This document shows positions 1 through 11,329 of a stretch of DNA of 64,000 nt, piece by piece (the first letter of the stretch is position 1; the number at the start of each line of letters is the position of its first letter). The notes under the pieces were generated by a model that saw only the letters and a list, made by a program, of their open reading frames with translations, was not told where the DNA came from and searched no databases. Position numbers and translations under genes: made by a program. Origin of the DNA: Diplonema japonicum (lineage: Eukaryota; Protista; Euglenozoa: Diplonemea); NCBI GenBank assembly GCA_964019335.1, contig OZ025651.1, forward strand, positions 310,001 to 374,000, read 5' to 3'.

Positions 1-844
1 GGAGTTTTAGTTTTTCCCGTTTGTCTTCTGACACCGCTTTCAGTGCGTTGGTCATTGAGGCGTTTTCCATTTTTTTCTTTTTTTTTTTTTGTTGTATGTG
101 TGGGTCAGACTTCTTTTCTTGCATTGGGGTGTTAAGGAAAAAGAGAGAGAGAAAAAAAGATTTTAAGAAAGAGAGGGAGAGAAAATAGAATAAAAAAAAA
201 AAGAAATAGCCGAACAAGAGAAAAGAGAGAGAGAGAGAGAGAGAGAAAAAGAAATAGTTATACCAGTGTGGAGAGTTCTTTTTTTTTTTTGCGCGAATTA
301 TTTTCTAATCCCCCCCTCTTTTCCTTCAAGTATTCGCACATGTTGGACACCCGAGGCCAAGCTGGTGGGGTGGGTGGGTAAATGGGTGGGAAATCAGGCT
401 TTCAGATCAGCTAGCGGAACTACGGAGCCCGAGCCCGATCCGATTCAAAGGGCGCTTCTCCCCCCCATCCCCCCCTCCCCCATACGCGGGGTGTAATCTA
501 ATGTAAGTGTATTTATTTTCTTGTCTAGTGCTACAAAAGGTGCATGTATGCCACCCCAACCTGAAATGGTCTGTTGCAGTTTAAAAATCGAAGTTTTGTT
601 GTAATTTTTGGTTGTTGTTTTTTTTTTGCATGAAATTGTTTAGTGCTAAAAAGAGTAGTGGTAGCATTGTTGGGCTTATCCTTCTACAGGTTAATCCCCC
701 CGGCTGTGCGTAAACAATTTTCTTTTTTTTTGGGGGGGGAAATAAAAGCATCTTTGCCTCCCCTTTTTTTTTTCTTAAAAAAAAGGAGTTTTTTTTTTGG
801 GAAGGGAAATGCTCTACTGACACATCTCACGAATATTACGAATA

Positions 845-880
<36 letters not shown>

Positions 881-2627
881 AAACTAGTTTGGCGCTTCAT
901 TTGTTTGTGCGAACGAGCGGGATTTAACCTAATAAAATAGCTCATTACGCTGCCATCAACTAGTCTTTAGTCTCGACAATAATATTGTTTAAAAAAAAAA
1001 ATCACTTAGGAAATATCAAGTCAAGGGGTTGGGGGAGAAAGGTGAAAAAGGCTCGAAGATTCGGCCATTTTTGCTTTCTCTCTCTTTTTTTCTTCTTCCT
1101 TTTTATTCCTCGTTCCTTCTTCATTCCCCTATAGAATGATCCAAGTTATCCTTTTTTTTTTTTTTAATTCCACAACGTAGCAACACCGTCCTGTTTTTTT
1201 TCTTCCTTTATTCTCATTACCAAACCTAAAAAGTGGGAATTTCAAATACCACTTTCAGAAAAAAATCAGCAGCACCGTGCTTCTTTGCACGATACGTGGG
1301 ACCTCGTGCAAAAAAGTACGAAACCTGAGTACTAAATAAACCCCCCGCACTCTGTACTGCAGACTCAAAACAAATTAAAACAAAATCCTTTGGCATAAGG
1401 GGGGGGGGGGGAGGTGAATTTGTACTCAAAAAGAAAATATTATCGAAGACGAAAGCCGTGCCCCCCCCTTTATTCCCCGCTGCTTCCTTCTTTTTTAAAA
1501 AGGGGGCCCGAGGCCGCCCACCTTCGTCAGAAGGGGGCACTTCAAAAGAAAGAGTATTGGAAATTTAACCCCCCCCATATCCCTTACCCTCCTTTTCATT
1601 CGTTTTGTTTTTTGTTTTTTCCCCCTCACTTTCCAAGGGGGGGGGGGGGGGGGGTGAAATGACCCTAGAGAACAAACGACCCCTTTAAAAAAAAAGAGGA
1701 GTGGATGTAAAGATAAGGAAATTGAATGCCTTAAAAGAAGGGGGCATGGGGGGGGGGGGTAAAAGGAAAAAAATCGATATAAAATAATTATTTTCTCTAG
1801 TTTTTTCTCTTCGATATCTTCACCCCCCCCCCCTCTTTTTTGCTAATTTTGTAGAGATGTAAGTTTTAAGCTTTAAAAGGGCTTTAATTGTGTAAAAAGC
1901 GAAGGTAGGACGAGCGCCCTTTAGCTTCTATGCTTATTATTTTTTTTTTTGTCCTTTGCTTTACAGATATTTTACAACTACAAAATTCCGTTGTCCGAGT
2001 GGGGCATTTTTTTTTTTTTTTTTTGGGAGAAAAGCCCTTAAAAATAGAACGACTCTTAGCTGATTCATAAACCGCCTGGCGTACGGGCACCCTTGTGAGA
2101 AGTCTTTACAAGTATTAACGTAAAGAATTTCTTTTTTTTTCTTTGAGCGCAGGAGGCCGACGGTGTAGAAAGAAAAGTGATAGGTATCACAATAGATGCC
2201 CCCCCCCCCCCCCCCCTTCCCTTCCCGAGACTTTTCTCCCTTTCTTTTCCTTTCCTCTTCCACCCCTTCCAGATCAAGCACTGTCTAGAAGGAGAATTGC
2301 TTTCCCGGGCAAATAAAATTTACAAATCTTCTTCTTGTGCATTGATGAACGTGCTCTTAAAGCCGTCCCTTTCTTTTCCCGTTTTTTTTCTTCTTTTTTT
2401 TTTTAAACCACAGTATCCCGCCTAACATTCTGATATTCTTTTTTTTTTCTTTTTCCCGTATTCGATTCTTTTCTTTTCTTTTTTTTCATTCTACGCAAAA
2501 AGCGAAAGTCCCCCCAAAAAAAAAAACCAGACTAAGCCAAAAAAGATGAAATCGCATCAGAGGAGACCTCCTCCCCTCCATAAAAAAGAAAAAAACGCGT
2601 TTAGGGGAGCGGGGGTGGAAACAAAGT

Positions 2628-3656
2628 TCACCCATTCCCGAACGCCAAAGGTTGCATCTCCGTCTGGCAGGCCACTCCGCTTGGATCTTGAATGAGCTGA
2701 GAAGGCGAGGATGGTGGTGCTGCAGCAGGTGTCGAGAGAGATCTGGGCAGCCTGCCGAACGAAGAAACCCTTTCAGACGCTATAGATGAGAAGCCATCGG
2801 TTTGGGTTCGCGCGTCTCGAGCATGCTCAGTGGCGGAAACAGGTTTCCTAGGAGAAGGAGACCGTGAAAACGAAGACCGTGCAGGTGTAAGAAGAGGCGG
2901 GACTGTAGGAGATTCACACCCGGACCCCGGCTCAGGCACCCATTTAGCTATCTTACTCAAGTCAGGCAATATCAATAACTCATCGGCAACAGGCAGCGTT
3001 TGGCTTCGAGGTGCATCGCTCTTCCCAAAACTAGACGATTTTACACACAAACCGGGGCTCTTCGGTGCCGATAAAAACTCCAAACCCGGACTTTTCGGCA
3101 GTGTCTTGTCCAGTTCTAAATCATTAAGATCATCTATACCTACTGTTTCACACAACTCTGCCAGCTGTGCCGACACTTCTTCCACCTCGTCTTGTATTTG
3201 CGGTGCTGTGTCCGTCCTCTGTCCAAAGGACGAGGATCGGGTAAACAGTAAGTTCGACGTTACTAGTTTTGGTTCTTGCTCTGAGCTTTCGTCCAGTAAC
3301 ACATTCTCGATCTTTTTTTTTTTTTTTTTTTTTTTTTTGTTGAATAAGTTTTTTTTTTTATATAATACCTCTGTAACCACAGAGTCCACCGACTGTTGTA
3401 TTGTCATCTCCACCGTCTCCACACCCTGCCAGTCCTCGCAGTGCATCAGAACACCTTTCTTCAAGTACAAACGCTTCAGCCCATCAAGCATCCCCTTCAC
3501 CTTTGCTGACACCCCTGCTGCTTTGCTTATTTTATCTATTCCGTTCTGCGAGCACGTTATGCACCCATACCCGCTTGCCGTCGACACGGACCCGCTGGGC
3601 GCCTGGCAAGAAGACCCTTCCATGTCTATGAACCCGTGTGTGTAGTCTGTCCCCAT
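2628..3656 (-). CDS. Hypothetical Ser/Pro-rich protein with one probable poly(A) intron (3312-3368)
   Basis: 342-aa ORF. The internal VLYKKKNLFNKKKKKKKKK segment is a 57-nt GTATTA...A(n)AG stretch in phase 0 (GAG|GT...AG|ATC); removing it keeps the frame. No family recognised. Confidence 0.65.
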   Translation of the reverse strand: MGTDYTHGFIDMEGSSCQAPSGSVSTASGYGCITCSQNGIDKISKAAGVSAKVKGMLDGLKRLYLKKGVLMHCEDWQGVETVEMTIQQSVDSVVTEVLYKKKNLFNKKKKKKKKKIENVLLDESSEQEPKLVTSNLLFTRSSSFGQRTDTAPQIQDEVEEVSAQLAELCETVGIDDLNDLELDKTLPKSPGLEFLSAPKSPGLCVKSSSFGKSDAPRSQTLPVADELLILPDLSKIAKWVPEPGSGCESPTVPPLLTPARSSFSRSPSPRKPVSATEHARDARTQTDGFSSIASERVSSFGRLPRSLSTPAAAPPSSPSQLIQDPSGVACQTEMQPLAFGNG

Positions 3657-3764
3657 GGAGGACCCTGTGGTGTTATAAATTTGTTATGGGATGGACGTGA
3701 AAGAATAAATGAAAAGGGGTACATTCTTTTTTTTTCTTTGGGATAATCTCGTTCGTTCCCTTCG

Positions 3765-6700
3765 TCACCACTGCACGTCGCAGGCAGCGCATGCGTCACG
3801 CACAGACAGCACGGCACGCTGCCGCTTCCAAGGCACCTCGCAATCTAAGGAGTTGCAGCTGTAAAGGAATTCAGTGTTCGTGGTTTTCACGCACGCTGCA
3901 CACGTTTGCAAAATGGTATTCAGCTCTTTCTCTGCCTCATGTCTCCGGAGGGATACGAGGTATCTGCTTGCGTCGGGGGTTTCAAGGCAGCTGCGGCATA
4001 CACGCTTCCCAGCATCGGCGTTGTCGTCTTTGCATACGATGCACAGGGTCGAAGCGTAGTACGAGTGCAGTGTGTTGCCTGTCCCTGCACGAGACGGTCG
4101 TGTCGCGCATTTGATAATCTCCTGTGCCTCGTCCTCTGTGCTGTGCTGAAGGATGGCCGATGACGCGCTTCCAACGCTTCTCACCAGTGACGAGGCCATC
4201 CCGTGTGTGCGCACCTTAGGCAGGGTTAGCACCCACTCCTTCACGTCACCGCCTGCGAGGCTCATCACCCGCTCCAAGGGCGGGCAGATCTGTTTTGTGA
4301 TGTAGTACATTCCGTTTAGCGTTGTGCTGGGATATTTTTCGCTCAGGAGCACCGCAGGGTGCATCACCATGTCGCTGAGCCGCGCCGCAACAGAGTTGAT
4401 GACGATGTACGGGACCCTCTCGTTGTAGAGGGGCTCGGCAAGGGGTTCTCGTTTCATCATCTCGCGTGCGACCGTTGCAGACGGGGGGACTTGGTTTGGG
4501 TTTGCGTACGTCCCCAGCTTCACCTCCTGCCGCAGGATCAGGTCGTGCACATTGACGTCGCCCGCCTGCACCTTCACAAGCTGCCGTTGAACGTACTGCT
4601 TCACAGCTTCGACGTCGTTGGTGTCGAACAACGTGCGCAGTGCCATTTCCTGCACCTTCTGTGTAGTCCTGCACTGATCCCTCCGTATGCACTCCAACCC
4701 TTTAGCTTCGAAGACAGGCTTTGCTGTAGGACCGTCATGCGCATACCCCACGTACCTCTTTTTTGTAACAAGCATGCACTTCGAGTACACTTTTTCAAGC
4801 TTCAGCTTCACAGGTGAAGGGTTCCCCGCAGCGACATGTGCGACTATCTCCTTCCCCACTTGGAACGCTCGTTCCAATGTAGCGCCAGGGAGACACACAA
4901 AAAGAGAGTCTGTGTCCCCATAAATCACTTTTGCCTTCCACTGCGGGTTCGACCGCACGTCGTGTATAGCTGTTTCCAACGTCTTCCTCGCAAGAAGGAC
5001 GATAGCGTCTGCAATGTCACTGCACGGCATGCGCCCCGACATCGTTGCTGCTGAGTAGCCGTACGTCACGTTCGCGATCATTTTCAGCCCCACTTGCCTT
5101 GCGTGCAGGATACCTTCCATCACCACATCCTTGTTCGTCCTTGCTTTTTTCAAGCTTTCCTGCACCGCAAACCGTGTGCTGAGGATCTCCGACAGCAGCC
5201 TAGGGAACACACCTCTTTTGATAGACGGCTTCACGAACGCGCAGCTGTTCGGGGCGATGACCACATCGCTGGAGGGGAGGCCCTTCAGGAACTCCTTCGG
5301 GATCATGTAATTGTTGATGGCGCCTAGTTTCTTGCAGCGGCTTGACGTGAGCTTCCCCAGGCACGTTGAGAAACAAAGATTGTAGGCAATGATGATGGAC
5401 GGGTACAGGGAACGAAAGTCCAGCACGATGACGGGATCTGTGTAGTAGCCAGAGTGAGGTTCCATCACTAGAGGGATGCCTTCTTGCCGATTCTGCCGTT
5501 CGACTTGCGTCTTCGACGGTGTGACCATGACGTAGTGGAGGGGGGTGGCAAGGCGTGTGAACATGTTCTCTACTTTGAACTGTGCACCGCGTGTGATCAC
5601 GTCAGTGAACTGCACACCGTACAGACGGGCAAGCTCCACAGTGCGGTTGATGACATCCAGATGGTTCGCCACACGCAGAGGTATGATGGCCTGGTTCAGA
5701 AGTTGCTGGAAAGCGAAAGTACGTTTCGGGCCTGATTTTGCCCAATCGGCCAGCTTTCGATGCGAGAACTTCGGCACCACGACGCCAAGGGCCGCCTTCG
5801 CCACTGCGCATATCGTGTAGCTGGGCAGCTTCAACTCCGACCGCAACGTGCGCCACAAGTTCAGTGTGACTCGCCCCTTGACATTCAGCACCACTCTGAA
5901 CATCTCGTCATCGCTGTTAGAACGCATAGCCTGCGGCACAACACTTTGCAACCCCTTGTCCGCAGTGCTGGCCACTCTGCCAAGTACCTCCGGTAGATTC
6001 ACCCCATACAGCGCTGCCCTTCTGTTCAGATACCCATAGGAGTACCGTTGCAGATCCCATCCTAGCAAGATGTCGGGGTCCTCTTTTCGCAGCATTCGCA
6101 GCACGGTCACGATGAGGGCTTCCTCAGAAGGAACAGTGGCCACTTCCACAGAAGCAGGGGACACACAAGGCGGGCTCGCTGTACTCACAACAACGAGGAA
6201 ACGCCTGTCGGTGCTCTCATCGATAGATGTGTTTGTGTTGTGTACATTCAGAGCGCAGGCCAGAATCGGGTCGCGTGAAGGGTCCGGATACATGGTTGAG
6301 CAATCCGGCAGCACCTCTAGACAAGCGATTAGCATGTACGGCAACGACGCAGATGCCACAGAACCCTGGTGCATGGCTTGCGCAGCACTCTTCGAAGCCA
6401 TCGCGGTTGCCTGCGTCAAGAGACTTAAAAGAGGTTTTCGGTGCGCTTTATCCCGCCCGGCCTTTAAATGTTTCTTATACTCCCGTGCTTTCTCTCCTGC
6501 TGAACCAGAGGAAGACAACTCTAACAAGTCCGCAGCTGTTGGCGGGGGCATGGCCGCTTCGTACACAACACGCTTGTCATACCGCCTGCCGACACCTTTT
6601 CGAAGTACAGAATCCAGCACCCTTCTCTTTGCGAGCACAGGTTGCTTCGGAAGAGCATTGCTCATCATCAACTCCTCTGTGCTCGGGGGTTCCGTGGTAG

Positions 6701-8630
6701 AGAGATTCACCTTCCTATCCTTAGGGTGCAGGGTCTGTAAGAAAGACGATGCGACAGCACTCACCGGTGGTGGTGGGAGCACAGGAGGCTCCGTGAACCT
6801 GACTGTCGGCTTGGGGGTGGCAGCAAAGAGCACATCAGTGTTAGGAAGATCAGAAGTGACCTCTGGCGTGTGAGGGACAGCTTGTGAGAGCTGTGTTGCT
6901 AAATCCGATTGTTGCGTGTGGGAATGCGTCGATAAGGAGAAAAGCTTACTGCTCTGTGTCTGCGTGGTTTGCTGTGACCGTGAGCTTTCTGAGTCAGGGA
7001 ACAGCTCTTTGTCTACATCCCTTGGCCGCTTTTCCCCTACGCTTGGCTGGCGTATATTAATCACCTGAGGTGTCTCCTTGAGCTCCGACTTCGTTTCCTT
7101 AACTGTTGACTTCGTGTCCTTACTCTCAGGGAACAACCCCTCCGACTCAGGTGTGAACGGCTCTGGAGAAGGGAACTGCGTGTTAGGAATTTGCGTCATC
7201 TGTGGGATGTCGATAGGGTTCTCATGATGCCCTACAGGTGGGTACGTGCTGGGGATGAAGGGCTCATCAGGCTCATTTTCATTGTGCAACCCGCCGTCCA
7301 AAGCGGCATCAAGTGTGTCCGACCTCCAGACTTCACCCAGGGGCACTGTGGTGTCTTTAAGGAGATCAATGGAAGTATGGCACTCCGAATGAGCCGCTGC
7401 AGAGAGCCCAAGGACTGACTCCATCTCGTCAGACGAGCAATCCGAAATCTGGTCCTCAAGCCCCAGGTCATTATTGGTGTCGGGGTCATCTGAAAACGCA
7501 TTCCGAAGGTCTCGAAGGGCCTGCAAAGTGCCATGGATGTCGTCGTCGTCTTCTTCTGCTGTGCAGTCCAGAGGTTCCACATTATGCTGCGAGTGCTGGG
7601 ATGGTATCCACGACACCAGTTGTTCATATGTACAGTCACACCACGGCAGGCCTTGCACGAGCTGTTTCGGGGTGGCGGGTATCAACCTGTCATGTGTGTA
7701 GGACTGCGTCTGCGTCATGTCGGACACATTTCGACGTAACTGTGACAGGGCGTCCCTGAAGATTTTTTGAACAGCGTCGTCGTCGGGAACTACTGTGCGC
7801 ACTGGGCTGCCCATAGTCTGTTTTTGTGTCACATTGGTTTCCTGCAACACGTTTTTTCTGTATGTTTCCAATGCCGCCCAGACCTCTGTCAGTGTGGAAA
7901 CAAGCAGTGCATCTGACGACTTCAAGTCTTCGGTGCTGATGGGTTGGCTGTAGCTATTCAGCACGTCGGCCCTTTTGCAGTCCACTGCTATTGCTGTCTC
8001 TGCATTCTTCGGGAAACAATCCGTGCATTGTGTCAGAGTCATTGACGCCATTCCAGCGAGCCTCAGATCAACCATGCACTGCATCACGTACGGGAAGTGG
8101 GCATGGTATGGCTGGTGACGCAGCCCCAAGATGCTCTTCGTCCCCCCAAGCACTGCAGCAACTGCTGGCACAACACCGGGGTTTATCAGATACAGTTTGA
8201 TAAACAGCCTCGGTGAGTGGTGGTAGCCGTAAAAGGGGATGCCTTGGACTAGGAAGGCCGAGTGGAGGACCGGCGGAGGACCGCTTGCAGGATGTTCCTC
8301 AATGGCTAGAGAGAGCTTCAATAACCTGGAACGAACCTCTTGCGGGTTTTGTGACGGCCATTCCGCTGGCCACGGGATGTAAATATACGGCAGCATTCCG
8401 TGCACCCTCACAAGTGCGCTCTCTGCTGCTTCTGTCCTGCCGAACACCCTTAGTACTGGTACCTTTGGGATCTTTCTGTGTAGCATGTCCATCTCGCATG
8501 CGCTCAACTCCATCCCTTCGGGCAGCTCGAATCCACTGAGCCCATGGTCGCCAAGGCCTTCGTTTGCCTTTGTCATCTCATAGTCAACGATGATTACTGA
8601 AGCAAGCTTCAGTGCGGGGGGCTCAGCCAT
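3765..8630 (-). CDS. REV3: DNA polymerase zeta catalytic subunit (B family)
   Basis: B-family motifs DFRSLYPSII, KMIANVTYGY and YGDTDSLF; N-terminal VLRVFG...VHGMLPYIY and PFYGYH; long low-complexity insert; C-terminal CysA/CysB clusters. Start placed at MAEPP (8630) after a candidate acceptor AG; the ORF extends to 8648. Intronless. Confidence 0.95.
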   Translation of the reverse strand: MAEPPALKLASVIIVDYEMTKANEGLGDHGLSGFELPEGMELSACEMDMLHRKIPKVPVLRVFGRTEAAESALVRVHGMLPYIYIPWPAEWPSQNPQEVRSRLLKLSLAIEEHPASGPPPVLHSAFLVQGIPFYGYHHSPRLFIKLYLINPGVVPAVAAVLGGTKSILGLRHQPYHAHFPYVMQCMVDLRLAGMASMTLTQCTDCFPKNAETAIAVDCKRADVLNSYSQPISTEDLKSSDALLVSTLTEVWAALETYRKNVLQETNVTQKQTMGSPVRTVVPDDDAVQKIFRDALSQLRRNVSDMTQTQSYTHDRLIPATPKQLVQGLPWCDCTYEQLVSWIPSQHSQHNVEPLDCTAEEDDDDIHGTLQALRDLRNAFSDDPDTNNDLGLEDQISDCSSDEMESVLGLSAAAHSECHTSIDLLKDTTVPLGEVWRSDTLDAALDGGLHNENEPDEPFIPSTYPPVGHHENPIDIPQMTQIPNTQFPSPEPFTPESEGLFPESKDTKSTVKETKSELKETPQVINIRQPSVGEKRPRDVDKELFPDSESSRSQQTTQTQSSKLFSLSTHSHTQQSDLATQLSQAVPHTPEVTSDLPNTDVLFAATPKPTVRFTEPPVLPPPPVSAVASSFLQTLHPKDRKVNLSTTEPPSTEELMMSNALPKQPVLAKRRVLDSVLRKGVGRRYDKRVVYEAAMPPPTAADLLELSSSGSAGEKAREYKKHLKAGRDKAHRKPLLSLLTQATAMASKSAAQAMHQGSVASASLPYMLIACLEVLPDCSTMYPDPSRDPILACALNVHNTNTSIDESTDRRFLVVVSTASPPCVSPASVEVATVPSEEALIVTVLRMLRKEDPDILLGWDLQRYSYGYLNRRAALYGVNLPEVLGRVASTADKGLQSVVPQAMRSNSDDEMFRVVLNVKGRVTLNLWRTLRSELKLPSYTICAVAKAALGVVVPKFSHRKLADWAKSGPKRTFAFQQLLNQAIIPLRVANHLDVINRTVELARLYGVQFTDVITRGAQFKVENMFTRLATPLHYVMVTPSKTQVERQNRQEGIPLVMEPHSGYYTDPVIVLDFRSLYPSIIIAYNLCFSTCLGKLTSSRCKKLGAINNYMIPKEFLKGLPSSDVVIAPNSCAFVKPSIKRGVFPRLLSEILSTRFAVQESLKKARTNKDVVMEGILHARQVGLKMIANVTYGYSAATMSGRMPCSDIADAIVLLARKTLETAIHDVRSNPQWKAKVIYGDTDSLFVCLPGATLERAFQVGKEIVAHVAAGNPSPVKLKLEKVYSKCMLVTKKRYVGYAHDGPTAKPVFEAKGLECIRRDQCRTTQKVQEMALRTLFDTNDVEAVKQYVQRQLVKVQAGDVNVHDLILRQEVKLGTYANPNQVPPSATVAREMMKREPLAEPLYNERVPYIVINSVAARLSDMVMHPAVLLSEKYPSTTLNGMYYITKQICPPLERVMSLAGGDVKEWVLTLPKVRTHGMASSLVRSVGSASSAILQHSTEDEAQEIIKCATRPSRAGTGNTLHSYYASTLCIVCKDDNADAGKRVCRSCLETPDASRYLVSLRRHEAEKELNTILQTCAACVKTTNTEFLYSCNSLDCEVPWKRQRAVLSVRDACAACDVQW

Positions 8631-8710
8631 TGTCAGCCCTACCTGCATGAATCACACAGTAAAAGAAGGTTAAAGGAACACGTACAAAAGTACATTTAAT
8701 ACACAACGAG

Positions 8711-9877
8711 CTAGGACCCCTGACTGCTTTTGAAACGATAGTGGGCAGGGCCCACTGAGGGTTGTATTTCTATCTCTTTCTGATACATAGATGAGTGTTG
8801 TCGGGGCATGCTGGCTGGCTCCTTCGTGCTGGCTCGGAGCCCATGTGGAGTTTCCACGCGTGGGCGAGAGGCTTTCTGCGTGTAGGTGTCGTACATAGGA
8901 GGGGGCTTCTCGTCTATGCTGACACAGTGCATGGGCTTCGGTCGAGGCTTCCCAGCTGGAGCGCATGCCCAGCAGACTTTGTAGTGGCACATGTCGCAGT
9001 ACAAACCGTCACCGTGCTGCCTGCACACGCTGCACGTCCCACGATTGGACACCTTCATGGTGTGGCTGCGTGGGCACATGCGGTCTCGATTGCCTTCATA
9101 CCTGATCATGGCCGCACCCAGCGAGTTCACTACGTGTTGCATCTTACGCACCGCTGCTTGCTCTTCGCGAAGAAGTTTGTCATTCTTTGCGCGCTTCTCC
9201 CTTCGTAACTCCCTCCTCCGCTGGCGCTCCGGAGAGGGTGACGAAAGCGGTGGTGGAGGTGGAGGTGGAGGAGGCGCCTGTACTTCTACAATACGCACTT
9301 CGGGCTTGAAGTCTGTTTGCGTCGTTTGTGCAACCGTCGTGACGGCAACGGGCGACGGCTGTGACGAAGGAACAGGTGAAGGTGCAGGAGGAGGTGGTGG
9401 TGGGGGCAGTTCTTTTCTTGACGAAGGCGGAGGGGGAGCCTTCGCTTTGGAGTTCATAGACGGCGGTGCTTTAGCTACGCCAACAACAGTTGGTGCCTTG
9501 GCACGAGAATTCTGAGAGGCAGAAGGGGGAGCTTTCTCAACTCCTCGAGTGCTAGGCTGCTTCTTCGGTAAGCCGGTAGTAGGACTTCGAGAAGGGCTTG
9601 GGTCAGGTGGCACTGGTGAAATCCTGCGTGGATATGGCACATGGAACCGAACTGCCACTCGATCCACGGCTTGCCACAGCATCTTGTCGATCTGCTCCTT
9701 GCTGGACACACTGGTCCCGTCGATATGTGTTATTTTCCTGCCGATGTGGATCTCTCCGAGAGGGTGCGCAGGGTGTCCTGTGGCGACAGCTCGTAGGATG
9801 AGCCCACTGTCATACCGCAGACCTAGAGTGGCGTCCCTCTCTCGCGAGGGGTCCCATTTAAGGTATATCTCGTTCAT
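8711..9877 (-). CDS. PDZ-like N-terminus, Pro-rich linker and C-terminal Cys/His zinc finger
   Basis: N-terminus TLGLRY...HPAH...IGRKITHIDGTSV resembles a PDZ fold. C-terminus CPRSH...CSVC...YCDMCHYKVCWAC. Confidence 0.7.
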   Translation of the reverse strand: MNEIYLKWDPSRERDATLGLRYDSGLILRAVATGHPAHPLGEIHIGRKITHIDGTSVSSKEQIDKMLWQAVDRVAVRFHVPYPRRISPVPPDPSPSRSPTTGLPKKQPSTRGVEKAPPSASQNSRAKAPTVVGVAKAPPSMNSKAKAPPPPSSRKELPPPPPPPAPSPVPSSQPSPVAVTTVAQTTQTDFKPEVRIVEVQAPPPPPPPPPLSSPSPERQRRRELRREKRAKNDKLLREEQAAVRKMQHVVNSLGAAMIRYEGNRDRMCPRSHTMKVSNRGTCSVCRQHGDGLYCDMCHYKVCWACAPAGKPRPKPMHCVSIDEKPPPMYDTYTQKASRPRVETPHGLRASTKEPASMPRQHSSMYQKEIEIQPSVGPAHYRFKSSQGS

Positions 9878-10075
9878 ATCATATTTTATAGTGAGGACGC
9901 CTGGCTGCTTGTGCTAACGGGGGACTAAGGACACCAATGCTATCGGAACTAAATTGATTTGATGACCAAAAGTGATAAAAAGGGTTGTGCAGGGAGAGGG
10001 GAACACACCAACTTCTCTTTTTTTTTTTTTTTTCCTTATCCTTTTTTTTAAATTTCTCTTCTCCTGGTATTCTCA

Positions 10076-11035
10076 TCATTGGGATTCTTCGGCGTTTGCA
10101 GCAGCAAAGTCTGCGACCTCCTGCCAGACAGCTGCGCTGTCCATGTGGAGGGAGCTGGGGTTAATGGAAGTGAAGTTTTTCCGCTTTCTACCAGGAAGAA
10201 GGGGCTGGGCTGCGTGGGCTTTGGCGCAAGCACGAAGATTCGGCTTATCGCTGGACACGATGACAAGGTTCATGTTTCGGAGCACTTCGACTGTCTTCTG
10301 CATGGCCTCGTCGGCCGCTTGGGGGAAATTCCCGCACGGTGAAAGCCGCAGCTGCTGCGTTTTATTGAAAACCCCGAAGAGGGACCTCCACGAGATGGCA
10401 TCCATTGGGTCGCCCTTGTGGCCGTGTGCTTCGAACCCCAACCCATAGAAACCCCAGAGGAAAACATTTTCAGGTGGTTTTCCAGCGGCTTGGAGTTGGT
10501 GGGGAGATGCTTGCTTCACCCAATGAGGGTAACCGAAATTGTCTAGATCGAGGAGGCAGATGGTGTTTTTGCCCTTCAGGCCTGTCGCGACACGGGTAAG
10601 CTCACATTGCAAGCAGCGGCATTTCGATCCAATCCAAGCACCCGACCTGCCGTCCTGTCCTGGACGGGGAAGAGCTATGTCTGAGAACTCTGGATCTGCG
10701 ATGGAGTGGAACCGGCCCACCCCTGCGGGGGGCAGCGGTGCCGGAGGGAGCTTCACAGCTTTCCCTTCAATATTCTTCAGCCTCTTCGCTCCCACACCTG
10801 ATGGTGGTGGTCGGGATGCCGCTTCAGCCATCTCCTCGTCTTCGTCATCGTCCCTTCCCCTCTTCCTCACCACCTTCTTGACTACCTTCGGCTTATCCAG
10901 CACCGCCCCACCCCCCACTATCCTTCTCTTCACTATTACTTTCCTTGTCGCTTTTTTCACCTCCTTTTCACCCGATTCTCCCATCACACCTCCCTTGCTT
11001 TCTTCATCGGACCACCCCGCTCCCCCGAACGACAT
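10076..11035 (-). CDS. PIN/NYN-like putative nuclease (ZNF451 C-terminal type) with basic/acidic N-terminal tail
   Basis: Motifs LLDLDNF, FLWGFYG, QAADEA and IVSSDK parallel DLDNW / FIWGFQG / DAADFA / ILSGD of the ZNF451 C-terminal PIN-like domain. Start MSFGG at 11035; the upstream part of the listed ORF is homopolymer spacer. Confidence 0.7.
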   Translation of the reverse strand: MSFGGAGWSDEESKGGVMGESGEKEVKKATRKVIVKRRIVGGGAVLDKPKVVKKVVRKRGRDDDEDEEMAEAASRPPPSGVGAKRLKNIEGKAVKLPPAPLPPAGVGRFHSIADPEFSDIALPRPGQDGRSGAWIGSKCRCLQCELTRVATGLKGKNTICLLDLDNFGYPHWVKQASPHQLQAAGKPPENVFLWGFYGLGFEAHGHKGDPMDAISWRSLFGVFNKTQQLRLSPCGNFPQAADEAMQKTVEVLRNMNLVIVSSDKPNLRACAKAHAAQPLLPGRKRKNFTSINPSSLHMDSAAVWQEVADFAAANAEESQ

Positions 11036-11329
11036 TTGGTTCTTCTTCTTTGTTTTTCTTTCCCTTTTCGTGCTCTTACCCCTGTGCGTATTGGAGCAAG
11101 CTTTTCCTTCGCAAAAAGAGACAGAAATAATATCGATAAACAAGAATACAAAAAGAAATATTGTAGGGGGGGGGGGGGGAGAAACAAAAGTGCGATAAAA
11201 AAAAAAGAGGAACAAAATCTGCACAGCAAAAAAAAAGGGGGCGTGGTACAAGGGGAAAAAAAAAAAGAGAAAAAAAGAGGTCAAAACAACAACAGATAAA
11301 CAACAAAGCAAAAAAGTTAACCAGCAAAT

